Assembly (NCBI GenBank): GCA_964016885.1
Contig: CAXHJY010000917.1
Location: 1 to 34,460, forward strand
Origin: Eledone cirrhosa
Lineage: Eukaryota
DNA: 34,460 bases
Direction: 5' to 3'
The translations under genes and the position numbers were made by a program. Positions within the stretch are counted from its first letter, which is position 1; the number at the start of each line of letters is the position of its first letter. The notes under the pieces are model-generated. The model ran no database searches and was not told the origin of the DNA. It saw only the letters and a list, made by a program, of their open reading frames with translations. Shown in pieces: positions 1 through 13,830 of this stretch.

Positions 1-14
1 ATATATATATATTG

Positions 15-164
<150 letters not shown>

Positions 165-196
165 TGTATATATATGTATATATATGTATATATATG

Positions 197-285
<89 letters not shown>

Positions 286-306
286 GTATATATATGTATA
301 TATATG

Positions 307-344
<38 letters not shown>

Positions 345-505
345 TGTATATATATGTATATATATGTATATATATATATATATGTATATATATGTATATA
401 TATGTATATATATGTATATATATATATATATGTATATATATGTATATATATATATATATGTATATATATGTATATATATGTATATATATGTATATATATA
501 TATAT

Positions 506-1732
506 CTGACGCAACTACTGCATCACTTTGATGACATTTTGAGAGCCTTGGGAGAGGGTTCCAACACTGATGTTATCTACCTTGATTTCAGCAAGGCCTT
601 TGACAGGGTTGATCATAACATTCTACTGAGAAAGCTGTCCAATATTGGTGTCACTGGAAAGCTTCTGCAGTGGATCAAGAGCTTCCTGTCAAACAGAACC
701 CAACATGTTGTAGTTGAGGGAGTCAAATCAAGCCCAGCCAAAGTCAGTAGTGGAGTCCCACAAGGCACTGTGTTGGGCCCACTTCTCTTCATCATCTATA
801 TTAATGACATCACTGACATCATCAAACACAGCAACATTAAAATTTTCGCTGATGATTCCAAGCTCCAAAAGGTCATCAATAGCGGGGATGACCGGATAAG
901 CCTTCAGTCAGACCTACTGGCTGTTACCCAATGGGCAGAAAAGAACAACATGTTACTGAACGAAGACAAATTCGAACTGATCCACTTTGGAAAAGAGGAT
1001 GCTCTGAAACTCCCGTACTCCCTTCCCTCCGGGGAAACTCTCGTGGCATCTAACAACATCAGAGACTTGGGAGTAACCGTGGACAGCAACATAAGCTGGA
1101 CCACGCATATAAGCAGCAAAGTTGACATGGCCCGCAGAATGTGTTCCTGGATCCTCAGAACCTTCCAGTCGAGAGATTCCCGCACCATTATCCTTCTCTT
1201 CTCTACTTTCGCCCGACCACACCTTGAATACTGTTGTCCACTGTGGTCTCCCCACACGAAACAAAGTATCATGAAACTTGAAGCTCCTCAAAGGGCAATC
1301 ACGAAAAAGATAGATGGCATGTCAGACCTTGACTACTGGGGTCAATTGGAAAACCTGAAACTTTACTCACTCCAACGTCGCCGTGAGCGTTATATTATCT
1401 GCATGATGTAGAAAATGTTCCATCATCACTGCCCAAATGATGTTGGCATCGCCTTCAAGATACACCCAAGGCTTGGGCCCCGTGCTATCCGTCCCATTCA
1501 AAAATCTAAATCGCAACTCATAACAACAATACGGCACAATTATTTCACCTCAATCGGCCCTGCTCTCTTCAACATCACACCAGGACACGTCAAAACAGAA
1601 ACTGACCACACAAAATTCAAGAAGTCTTTGGACAAATTCCTCCAAGTAATCCCGGACAAACCACCCACACCCGGATATGTCTCCACAAACAGTAATTCTC
1701 TTCTCGAATGGGCCATGGTGCCCAAATCCTGA
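506..1732 (+). pseudogene. ORF2 reverse transcriptase and C-terminal region, interrupted by a premature stop
   Basis: Motifs [44 protein letters not shown] and [14 protein letters not shown] at 1409-1411 corresponds to TGG (W) in the second copy, and the frame continues to TGA at 1732. Confidence 0.92.
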
Positions 1733-1830
1733 ATTGAAAGACTTCGCCAGGTGGTGCTATTAAGTTAGACATGGCCTGGGCCAATACTGGCCAAAACATT
1801 TCAAAGTTATTCAAAGTTATTCAAAGTTAT
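506..1830 (+). mobile_element. 5'-truncated CR1-group LINE, family A, copy 1
   Basis: RT-bearing ORF2 remnant, a short 3' UTR and a (TCAAAGTTAT)x3 tail at 1801-1830. Both ends abut TA repeat. A near-identical copy lies at 27388-28325. Confidence 0.92.
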
Positions 1831-1891
1831 GTATATATATATATGTATATATATGTATATATATATGTATATATATATGTATATATATATG

Positions 1892-2016
<125 letters not shown>

Positions 2017-2161
2017 GTATATATATATATATGTATATATATGTATATATATATATGTATATATATGTATATATATATATGTATATATATGTATATATAT
2101 ATGTATATATATGTATATATATATGTATATATATGTATATATATATGTATATATATGTATG

Positions 2162-2194
<33 letters not shown>

Positions 2195-2247
2195 GTATAT
2201 ACATATATATGTATATACATTTCAGAGTTTCAAAGTTTTTATATATG

Positions 2248-2278
<31 letters not shown>

Positions 2279-2439
2279 GTATATATATGTATATATATAT
2301 ATATATGTATATATATGTATATATATATATATGTATATATATATGTATATATATATATGTATATATATGTATATATATATATGTATATATATGTATATAT
2401 ATATGTATATATATGTATATATATATGTATATATATATG

Positions 2440-2470
<31 letters not shown>

Positions 2471-2597
2471 GTATATATATGTATATATATGTATATATAT
2501 ATATATGTATATATATGTATATATATATATGTATATATATGTATATATATATGTATATATATGTATATATATATGTATATATATGTATATATATATG

Positions 2598-2628
<31 letters not shown>

Positions 2629-2665
2629 GTATATATATATATATATGTATATATATATGTATATA

Positions 2666-2714
<49 letters not shown>

Positions 2715-2781
2715 ATGTATATATGTATATGTATATATGTATATATATATATATGTATATATATATATGTATATATATATG

Positions 2782-2814
<33 letters not shown>

Positions 2815-2827
2815 GTATATATATATG

Positions 2828-2858
<31 letters not shown>

Positions 2859-2966
2859 GTATATATATATATACATGTATATATATATATGTATATAATA
2901 TATATATGTGTATATATATGTATATATACATATGTGTATATATATATATGTGTATATATATATATG

Positions 2967-2997
<31 letters not shown>

Positions 2998-3010
2998 GTA
3001 TATATATATG

Positions 3011-3081
<71 letters not shown>

Positions 3082-3140
3082 GTATATATATATATGTATA
3101 TATATGTATATATATATATATATGCATATATATATATATG

Positions 3141-3171
<31 letters not shown>

Positions 3172-3176
3172 GTATG

Positions 3177-3275
<99 letters not shown>

Positions 3276-3288
3276 GTATATATATATG

Positions 3289-3335
<47 letters not shown>

Positions 3336-3348
3336 GTATATATATATG

Positions 3349-3379
<31 letters not shown>

Positions 3380-3452
3380 GTATATATATATGTATATATA
3401 TGTATATGTATATATATGTATATATATATGTATATGTATATATATGTATATA

Positions 3453-3503
<51 letters not shown>

Positions 3504-3504
3504 G

Positions 3505-3535
<31 letters not shown>

Positions 3536-3646
3536 GTATATATATATATGTATATATATATATGTATATATATATATGTATATATATATGTATATATATA
3601 TATATATGTATATATATATGTATATATATATATGTATATATATATG

Positions 3647-3686
<40 letters not shown>

Positions 3687-3946
3687 CATATATATGTATA
3701 TATATATATGTATATATATATATGTATATATATATGTATATATATATATATACATATATATGTATATATATATGTATACATATATATATATATATATATG
3801 TATACATATATATATATATATATATATATGTATATTTATATGTATACATATATATATATATATATGTATATATATATGTATATATACATATATATATATA
3901 TACATATATATATATATGTATATATATATATGTATATATATATATG

Positions 3947-3977
<31 letters not shown>

Positions 3978-4224
3978 GTATATATATATGTATATATATA
4001 TGTATATATATATATGTATATATATATATGTATATATATATATGTATATAAATATATATGTATATAAATATATATGTATATATATGTGTATATATATGTG
4101 TATATATATGTATATATATATGTATATATATGTATATATATGTATATATATGTATATATATGTATATATATGTATATATATATATATGTATATATATGTA
4201 TATATATATATATGTATATATATG

Positions 4225-4271
<47 letters not shown>

Positions 4272-4280
4272 GTATATATG

Positions 4281-4361
<81 letters not shown>

Positions 4362-4462
4362 GTATATATATGTATATATATGTATATATATGTATATATA
4401 TGTGTATATATATATGTATATATATGTATATATATGTATATATATGTATATATATATATATA

Positions 4463-4512
<50 letters not shown>

Positions 4513-4551
4513 TGTGTATATATATATATATGTGTATATATATATTTATAT

Positions 4552-4639
<88 letters not shown>

Positions 4640-4648
4640 GTATATATG

Positions 4649-4681
<33 letters not shown>

Positions 4682-4710
4682 GTATAGATATGTATATATA
4701 TATATATATG

Positions 4711-4814
<104 letters not shown>

Positions 4815-5270
4815 TGTGTATATATATATATGTCTGTATATATATATATATGTGTATATATATATATGTGTATATATATATATCTGTATATGTATATATA
4901 TCTGTATATATATATATATGTGTATATATATATATGTGTGTGTATATATATATATATGTGTGTATATATATATATGTGTGTATATATATATATGTGTATA
5001 TATATATATATATGTGTATATATATATATGTGTGTATATATATATATGTGTATATATATATATGTGTGTATATATATATATGTGTATATATATATATATT
5101 TGTATATATATATATGTGTGTATATATATATATGTGTGTATATATATATATGTGTGTATATATATATATATGTGTATATATATATATATATATGTATGTG
5201 TATATATATATATGTATATATATATATGTATATATATATGTGTATATATATATGTGTATATATGTATATA

Positions 5271-5711
5271 GCTCTTAAGAGTCAATGGCCATCCAAAATC
5301 ACAGGGAGAGATGACCCCTTAGCCTTTGTCAAGGCAGAATTCTAGGAGAAGGAAAACTCTGATATAACACCTGCAACTCTGATGGTATCCAATGATGTTG
5401 ACTTGTTCTTCTTTTTGGTAAATATCATCTTGGTTAAGAGAGTGGGACTGGCTTTGTGCAGTGCCTTTGCTCACTATAAAAGCTTCACGGCTCAGGCATT
5501 GCTTTATATCTGGAGATATCTCTGCACTTGTCATCACATGTACCATGGGCCCAGCACTATATGTCAATAATGGTCACCAGTGGGGTGTTTGTGCCAGAGT
5601 TTTCAAGTCGCTGGCTGGACTAAAAAGTCACACTCGTTCAGCGCATCGGTAGGGGTTCTCCTACATGGATATAAAGTAGTGGCCGTACTCGAAAACGAGT
5701 TGGCAGCCACC
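5271..5711 (+). mobile_element. Non-autonomous RTE-derived element, 5'-truncated copy A
   Basis: Near-identical to 22497-22882, 22959-23373 and 25134-25663. Contains CTAGGAGAAGGAAAACTCTGA, a C2H2-like remnant ([20 protein letters not shown]) and a terminal stem-loop GTGGC..ACTCG-AAAA-CGAGT..GCCAC. Confidence 0.75.
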
Positions 5712-5844
5712 ATATATGTATATATATATGTGTATATATATATGTGTATATATGTATATATATATATGTATAAAGAAAAAGAGATGAAATCGAAAATGCA
5801 ACTGGAGTCTTATTTTTGTTTTAAATATATATATTTATTTGGAT

Positions 5845-5882
5845 CCTTTACCGGTTTCTCAGTTCTTCTGCTTTTCAAAAGG
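5845..5882 (-). ncRNA. Second copy of the U3-A8 hammerhead, with a helix II mismatch
   Basis: Same motif on the minus strand, but CTGA replaces CTGC, which breaks the G10.1-C11.1 pair. Confidence 0.6.
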
Positions 5883-6477
5883 TGAGTTGAGATGGAGGGT
5901 CTGTGGTTTTTCTCACATCTGGTTGGTCTCTGAATGTTACTTGCTTTATATGGAAAAAGTGGCTCGAAATGCCAGGTTTTTCGAGAAGTAATTTGATTGG
6001 TTTGTCAATAATTATAATAAATTTCGCGCCAGTTCGCGTTACAATAGTTCTTCAAATAAGAGGGCGGGGGGGGGGGGGGTTGTCACAGGTTGTTTTTTCA
6101 TATATGAGTGTTTGAATTTCTTTTTACTTGAAAAAAGGAGGCTCACGAAGGCTTTTTTTTGGTTGGTTATAAATGAAATTATGGCTGTCACGTGAACAAA
6201 TTTTCATTAAATTTTTGTGACCTTATTTGGAAATCCATTCTGTAGCCTTTTTAGAGAATGTTTTGATAAGTGAAAGATAATGGTCAAGAGAAAGGGATGG
6301 GAGAATTGTTCTGGTTCAGTGAATATGGTTAGTTCGCTGGGGTGTCAGAATTCAGATTTTCTATTGAATAAAGAAAGTAAAGGTATGTGTGTTTATTTGT
6401 GTGTATGTGTGTTTGAATTTCTTTATTTTAAAAAAAAGGGTGGCTCAAGAACCCTTTTTGTAAAGTAAAGAAATTCA

Positions 6478-6524
<47 letters not shown>

Positions 6525-7060
6525 GCACACACACAAGCACACAAATAAACACACATATCTTTACTTTCTTTATTCAATAGAAAATCTGAATTCTGACACC
6601 CCAGCGAACTAACCATATTCACTGAACCAGAACAATTCTCCCATCCCTTTCTCTTGACCATTATCTTTCAATTATCAAAAAATTCTCTAAAAAGGCTACA
6701 GAATGGATTTCCAAATAAGGGCACAAAAATTTAATGAAAATTTGTTCACGTGACAGCCATAATTTCATTTATAACCAACCAAAAAAAAGCCTTCATGAGC
6801 CTCCTTTTTTCAACTGAAAAGAAATTCAAACACTCATATATGAAAAAACAACCTGTGACAACACCCCCCCCCCCCCCCGCCCCTTATTTGAAGAACTATT
6901 GTAACGCGAACTGGCGCGAAATTTATTATAATTATTGACAAACCAATCAAATTACTTCTCGAAAAACCTGGCATTTCGAGCCACTTTTTCCATATAAAGC
7001 AAGTAACATTCAGAGACCAACCAGATGTGAGAAAAACCACAGACCCTCCATCTCAACTCA

Positions 7061-7098
7061 CCTTTTGAAAAGCAGAAGAACTGCGAAACCGGTAAAGG
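7061..7098 (+). ncRNA. Minimal type I hammerhead ribozyme, U3-A8 core variant
   Basis: CCTT-[TTGAAAA]-GCAG-aagaa-CTGC-[GAAA]-CCGG-TA/AAGG: helix I CCTT/AAGG, helix II GCAG/CTGC, palindromic helix III ACCGGT, predicted cleavage after A7094. Confidence 0.75.
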
Positions 7099-7271
7099 AA
7101 CCAAATAAATATATATATATTTTTTTTAAATAAGACTCCAGTTGCATTTTCGATTTCATCTCTCTTTCTTTATACTTTCACTCGTGTAGGACACCTCGGT
7201 TATTTTTCATTCTGTAAAAAAAAACCTCACTTTCTAATATATATGTATATATATATATATATATATGTGTG

Positions 7272-7304
<33 letters not shown>

Positions 7305-7359
7305 GTATATATATATGTATATATATATGTATATGTATATATATATGTATATATATATG

Positions 7360-7394
<35 letters not shown>

Positions 7395-8488
7395 GTATAT
7401 ATGTATATGTATATGTATATATATATATGTATATATATGTATATATATATGTATATATATGTATATATATGTGTATGTATATATATGTATATATATATAT
7501 ATGTATATATATGTATATATATATATGTATATATATGTATATATATATATGTATATATATGTATATATATATATGTATATATATGTATATATATATATGT
7601 GTATATATATGTATATATATATATGTATATATATATGTATGTATATATATATGTATATATATATGTATATATATGTATGTATATTTATATATGTATATAT
7701 ATGTATATATGTATATATATGTATATGTATATATATGTATATGTATGTATATGTATATATATGTATGTATGTATATATATATGTATATGTATGTATGTAT
7801 ATGTATATATATGTATGTATATATATATATATGTATATATATGTATATATATATGTATATATGTATGTATATATGTATATATATATGTATATATATATGT
7901 ATATATATATGTATATATATATATATGTATATGTATATATATGTATATATATATATATGTATATATGTATATATATATATATGTATATATATATATGTAT
8001 ATATATGTATATATATATATATGTATATATATATGTATGTATATATATATGTATGTATATATATATGTATATATATGTATGTATATATGTATGTATATAT
8101 ATGTATATATGTATATATATGTATATGTATGTATGTATATGTATATATATGTATGTATGTATATATATGTATATGTATGTATGTATATGTATATATATGT
8201 ATGTATATATATATATATATGTATATATATGTATATATATATGTATATATGTATGTATATATGTATATATATATGTATATATATATGTATATATATATGT
8301 ATATATATATATATGTATATGTATATATATGTATATATATATATATGTATATATGTATATATATATGTATATATATATATATGTATATTATATATATGTA
8401 TATATGTATATATATATATATGTATATATGTATATATATATATATGTATATATGTATATATATATATATGTATATATGTATATATATA

Positions 8489-8521
<33 letters not shown>

Positions 8522-8596
8522 ATATATATGTATATATATATGTATATATATATGTATATATATATGTATATATATGTATATATATGTATATATATG

Positions 8597-8627
<31 letters not shown>

Positions 8628-8668
8628 GTATATATATATATGTATATATATATATGTATATATATATG

Positions 8669-8704
<36 letters not shown>

Positions 8705-8758
8705 AATGTATATATATGTATATATATATATATGTATATATATATGTATATATATATG

Positions 8759-8811
<53 letters not shown>

Positions 8812-8830
8812 GTATATATATATATGTATG

Positions 8831-8865
<35 letters not shown>

Positions 8866-9332
8866 GTATATATATATATATGTATATATATATGTATATA
8901 TATATATATGTATGTATATATATATATATATATATGTATCTATATATGTATATATATATATGTATATATATGTATATATATATATATATGTATATATATA
9001 TGTATATATATATGTATATATATATATATATGTATATATATATGTATATATATATGTATATATATATATATATGTGTATATATATATATATATGTATATA
9101 TATGTATATATATATGTATATATATATGTATACATATATATATGTATATATTTATGTATATATATATGTATATATGTATATATATGTATATATATGTATA
9201 TATATATATATATGTATATATATATGTATATATATATATATATGTATATATATGTATATATATATATACATATATATATGTATATATATATGTATATATA
9301 TATGTATATATATATATATATGTATATATATG

Positions 9333-9363
<31 letters not shown>

Positions 9364-9447
9364 ATATGTATATATATGTATATATATGTATATATATGTA
9401 TATAAATATATATGTATATATATGTATATATATATGTATATATATAT

Positions 9448-9708
9448 GGAAAGTTATATTTAAATTGTTGGGTTACAACTAGTAAATATTTATAACTGAT
9501 ATAAAAGCACTCGACAAGTATTTGGAGTATATTTACAATATTAAATAAATGGAAACTATATTTATAAAACCATATTTATTTCATTATATATATTTCAGGG
9601 ATATCATATTAACAATATGCTATGCCTTCCTCAGACAAAATACAATATAAACAGTTTTATAGATAAATAGATTTGACATACCGTAACAACATCGACCTGT
9701 ATTTGAAA

Positions 9709-9740
<32 letters not shown>

Positions 9741-9741
9741 C

Positions 9742-9776
<35 letters not shown>

Positions 9777-9869
9777 CATATATTGTTAATATGATATCCC
9801 TGAAATATATATAATGAAATAAATATGGTTTTATAAATATAGTTTCCATTTATTTAATATTGTAAATAT
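9448..9869 (-). mobile_element. Hammerhead-bearing pLTR-like fragment with an inverted partial copy
   Basis: Unique AT-rich segment at 9448-9710. About 9530-9619 recurs inverted at ~9777-9869, separated by a short C-interrupted TA tract. Confidence 0.65.
9577..9642 (-). ncRNA. Minimal type I hammerhead ribozyme
   Basis: Minus strand reads TATTTTGT-[CTGAGGA]-AGG..CATATT-gtt-AATATG..CCT-[GAAA]-TATATA-TA/ATGAAATA: 8-bp helix I with two GU pairs and palindromic helix III ATATATAT. Confidence 0.7.
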
Positions 9870-9924
9870 GTATATATATATATATGTATATATATGTATA
9901 TATATATGTATATATATGTATATA

Positions 9925-9999
<75 letters not shown>

Positions 10000-10015
10000 G
10001 TATATATATATATAT

Positions 10016-11006
10016 GTTTCTTTTATTTGCCACTAGGGCATCAAAAGTGGGACAAGTACAAAGGGGGGAGTTTACACAAAAAGGCGTCCTCAATAAGGAG
10101 GAGGCAATAACAAAATATAAAAATAAAATAAGATATAACAAAAAATAAAATTTTTAACAAAATCCTCAATAGAGAGGAGGCGCCTTCCTTGTGGGGTCGC
10201 ACACACCCCCGAAAAAAGTGTGCAACCCTTCTCCTCAGGAGCACAGAGAAGGGGTGCTCCCTTGGTCTTTCATCTTCCTCACCTATAGTCTGATGTAGAG
10301 TGAAGGCCCATTCACACGGGCCATTCTCGCCACTTTCACCCATCTTTCATAGAAACGGCTGGGGTGCAGCACCTCTCTCTCCATCCTGATCCTTCTTCCG
10401 AAATGATATCGGAAGAAACGGACCAGTTGTTGGCCAGAGAGAAAGGTGCCTGACCTCAGTCCTTTCAGACGCGTCCACCATACAACCTCTTTCGCCATGG
10501 CTATTACGCACAGAAACACCGCCTCTGCTTCATCTTTGAAGGGGGGAGGCGGCTTGATCATTACAATAGACTCGGTGGTCAACCGGATCGGTCCCACCCT
10601 TGACAGCAGTTGTTCGACATAGCCCCATAGATCGGCTACGCCCGAGCAGTGTACCAATGCGTGTGCAACGGTTTCCTCGTCGCACACGCATCTGGGACAG
10701 ATCTTTTTGGCGGGGTCCCTACCCGGGCGCCCGTGTCTGTAGAGCCTTTCTCGAACGGGTAAAGCCCCTCGGTAGCACTGCCAGGCCAGGGACTTCTGGA
10801 AGTTGTCCATAGGTCCTGGGCTGAATGTCCTACCGAACAGGCTGGCCAGTTCGTCCTCCTCCATGTCTAGGGCTTCTCCGAGGGCGTCGTCGCACCTGCT
10901 GCGTACCAGCCCTCTATAGAATGTTGCGGTGGAGTCTCCACTGATAACCGGATCCGCCTGCCAGAGGGCGGTGAGCGCCTGGGCACACTCAGTGTGCCAG
11001 GCGCCC
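10016..11006 (-). mobile_element. 5'-truncated L1/Tx1-like non-LTR retrotransposon 3' end
   Basis: ORF2 C-terminus, ~270-bp T-rich 3' UTR, and AATAAA at 10022-10027 (minus) directly before the TA repeat. Confidence 0.85.
10283..11005 (-). pseudogene. ORF2 C-terminal zf-RVT (CCHC) region, open to the stop codon
   Basis: [43 protein letters not shown] matches the L1/Tx1 C-terminal zinc-knuckle pattern. The apparent ATG lies at the TA junction. Confidence 0.85.
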
Positions 11007-11092
<86 letters not shown>

Positions 11093-11107
11093 GTATATAT
11101 ATGTATA

Positions 11108-11173
<66 letters not shown>

Positions 11174-11204
11174 ATATATGTATATATAACATATATATTT
11201 ATAT

Positions 11205-11240
<36 letters not shown>

Positions 11241-11292
11241 TTATATATATATATATATTATATATATATATATATTATATATATATATATAT

Positions 11293-11328
<36 letters not shown>

Positions 11329-11380
11329 TTATATAAATATATATGTTATATATATATATATATTATATATATATATATAT

Positions 11381-11412
<32 letters not shown>

Positions 11413-11452
11413 ATATATTATATATATATATATATTATATATATATATATAT

Positions 11453-11488
<36 letters not shown>

Positions 11489-11540
11489 TTATATAAATAT
11501 ATATGTTATATATATATATATATTATATATATATATATAT

Positions 11541-11672
<132 letters not shown>

Positions 11673-11743
11673 TGTAGATAAATCTACCAAGAGTTTACGG
11701 TAGTGTCCAATCCGTATGAAGAACTCAATGTAATCCGGATATA

Positions 11744-11883
<140 letters not shown>

Positions 11884-11894
11884 ATATATATAAG

Positions 11895-11960
<66 letters not shown>

Positions 11961-11966
11961 TGTATG

Positions 11967-12069
<103 letters not shown>

Positions 12070-12070
12070 G

Positions 12071-12229
<159 letters not shown>

Positions 12230-12230
12230 G

Positions 12231-12315
<85 letters not shown>

Positions 12316-12450
12316 GTATATATATATGAATATAGACATAGAATATTCGAAAATACTCTGTATGTTTATAATAAACATTTTGAAGACCTAATCGCTATAG
12401 AATAGAATACGTCACGTATTACAATTAGATTCTCGATAAAAGCAAGGGAA

Positions 12451-12493
12451 GTAATCTACGCGTTTCATTCTCGTTAGAAATCATCAGGACTAC
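12451..12493 (-). ncRNA. Same hammerhead on the minus strand (also 12761-12803, 13071-13113, 13381-13423, 13691-13733)
   Basis: Exact reverse complement of 13788-13830, repeated every 310 bp. Confidence 0.88.
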
Positions 12494-13787
12494 ATATCCA
12501 GTGCTTTTATCGAGAATGACACAGCTAGAGACTTATAGAATACTTAGCTGTGTACAGGAACTGGTTTGAAAGAGCGGTTGCCGGTCCGGCAGAAATTAGA
12601 AATTGGAATAAATGCTCTGAAATAGCGATATATATGTGAATATAGACATAGAATATTCGAAAATACTCTGTATGTTTATAATAAACATTTTGAAGACCTA
12701 ATCGCTATAGAATAGAATACGTCACGTATTACAATTAGATTCTCGATAAAAGCAAGGGAAGTAATCTACGCGTTTCATTCTCGTTAGAAATCATCAGGAC
12801 TACATATCCAGTGCTTTTATCGAGAATGACACAGCTAGAGACTTATAGAATACTTAGCTGTGTACAGGAACTGGTTTGAAAGAGCGGTTGCCGGTCCGGC
12901 AGAAATTAGAAATTGGAATAAATGCTCTGAAATAGCGATATATATGTGAATATAGACATAGAATATTCGAAAATACTCTGTATGTTTATAATAAACATTT
13001 TGAAGACCTAATCGCTATAGAATAGAATACGTCACGTATTACAATTAGATTCTCGATAAAAGCAAGGGAAGTAATCTACGCGTTTCATTCTCGTTAGAAA
13101 TCATCAGGACTACATATCCAGTGCTTTTATCGAGAATGACACAGCTAGAGACTTATAGAATACTTAGCTGTGTACAGGAACTGGTTTGAAAGAGCGGTTG
13201 CCGGTCCGGCAGAAATTAGAAATTGGAATAAATGCTCTGAAATAGCGATATATATGTGAATATAGACATAGAATATTCGAAAATACTCTGTATGTTTATA
13301 ATAAACATTTTGAAGACCTAATCGCTATAGAATAGAATACGTCACGTATTACAATTAGATTCTCGATAAAAGCAAGGGAAGTAATCTACGCGTTTCATTC
13401 TCGTTAGAAATCATCAGGACTACATATCCAGTGCTTTTATCGAGAATGACACAGCTAGAGACTTATAGAATACTTAGCTGTGTACAGGAACTGGTTTGAA
13501 AGAGCGGTTGCCGGTCCGGCAGAAATTAGAAATTGGAATAAATGCTCTGAAATAGCGATATATATGTGAATATAGACATAGAATATTCGAAAATACTCTG
13601 TATGTTTATAATAAACATTTTGAAGACCTAATCGCTATAGAATAGAATACGTCACGTATTACAATTAGATTCTCGATAAAAGCAAGGGAAGTAATCTACG
13701 CGTTTCATTCTCGTTAGAAATCATCAGGACTACATAAGTATTCTATAAGTCTCTAGCTGTGTCATTCTCGATAAAAGCACTGGATAT

Positions 13788-13830
13788 GTAGTCCTGATGA
13801 TTTCTAACGAGAATGAAACGCGTAGATTAC
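13788..13830 (+). ncRNA. Type I hammerhead ribozyme of the 310-bp unit (also 14098-14140)
   Basis: GTAGTC-[CTGATGA]-T-TTCT-aacg-AGAA-T-[GAAA]-CGCG-TA/GATTAC, with palindromic helix III ACGCGT. Helix I is extended by a 16-bp stem, 13764-13779 with 13837-13852. Confidence 0.88.

Larger units (their letters stand above)
5768..7235. mobile_element. ~1.4-kb near-perfect palindrome with a hammerhead in each arm (probable Penelope-like 3'/pLTR inverted pair)
   Basis: 5768-~6441 is the reverse complement of ~6451-7175, with a 9-nt spacer GGCTCAAGA. The right arm has an expanded (CA)n and extends ~60 bp further, to 7235. Confidence 0.75.

Noticed and set aside
5382-5570. Recurring 62-80 aa [15 protein letters not shown].. 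and antisense ORFs in the RTE-derived copies
   Set aside because: They recur only because the element is repeated. No motifs are recognisable and the frame differs between copies.
5768-7235. MITE or foldback DNA transposon
   Set aside because: The termini are asymmetric, no transposase or recognisable TIR end is present, and each arm holds a hammerhead in the same outward layout as three other elements. Disfavoured rather than excluded.
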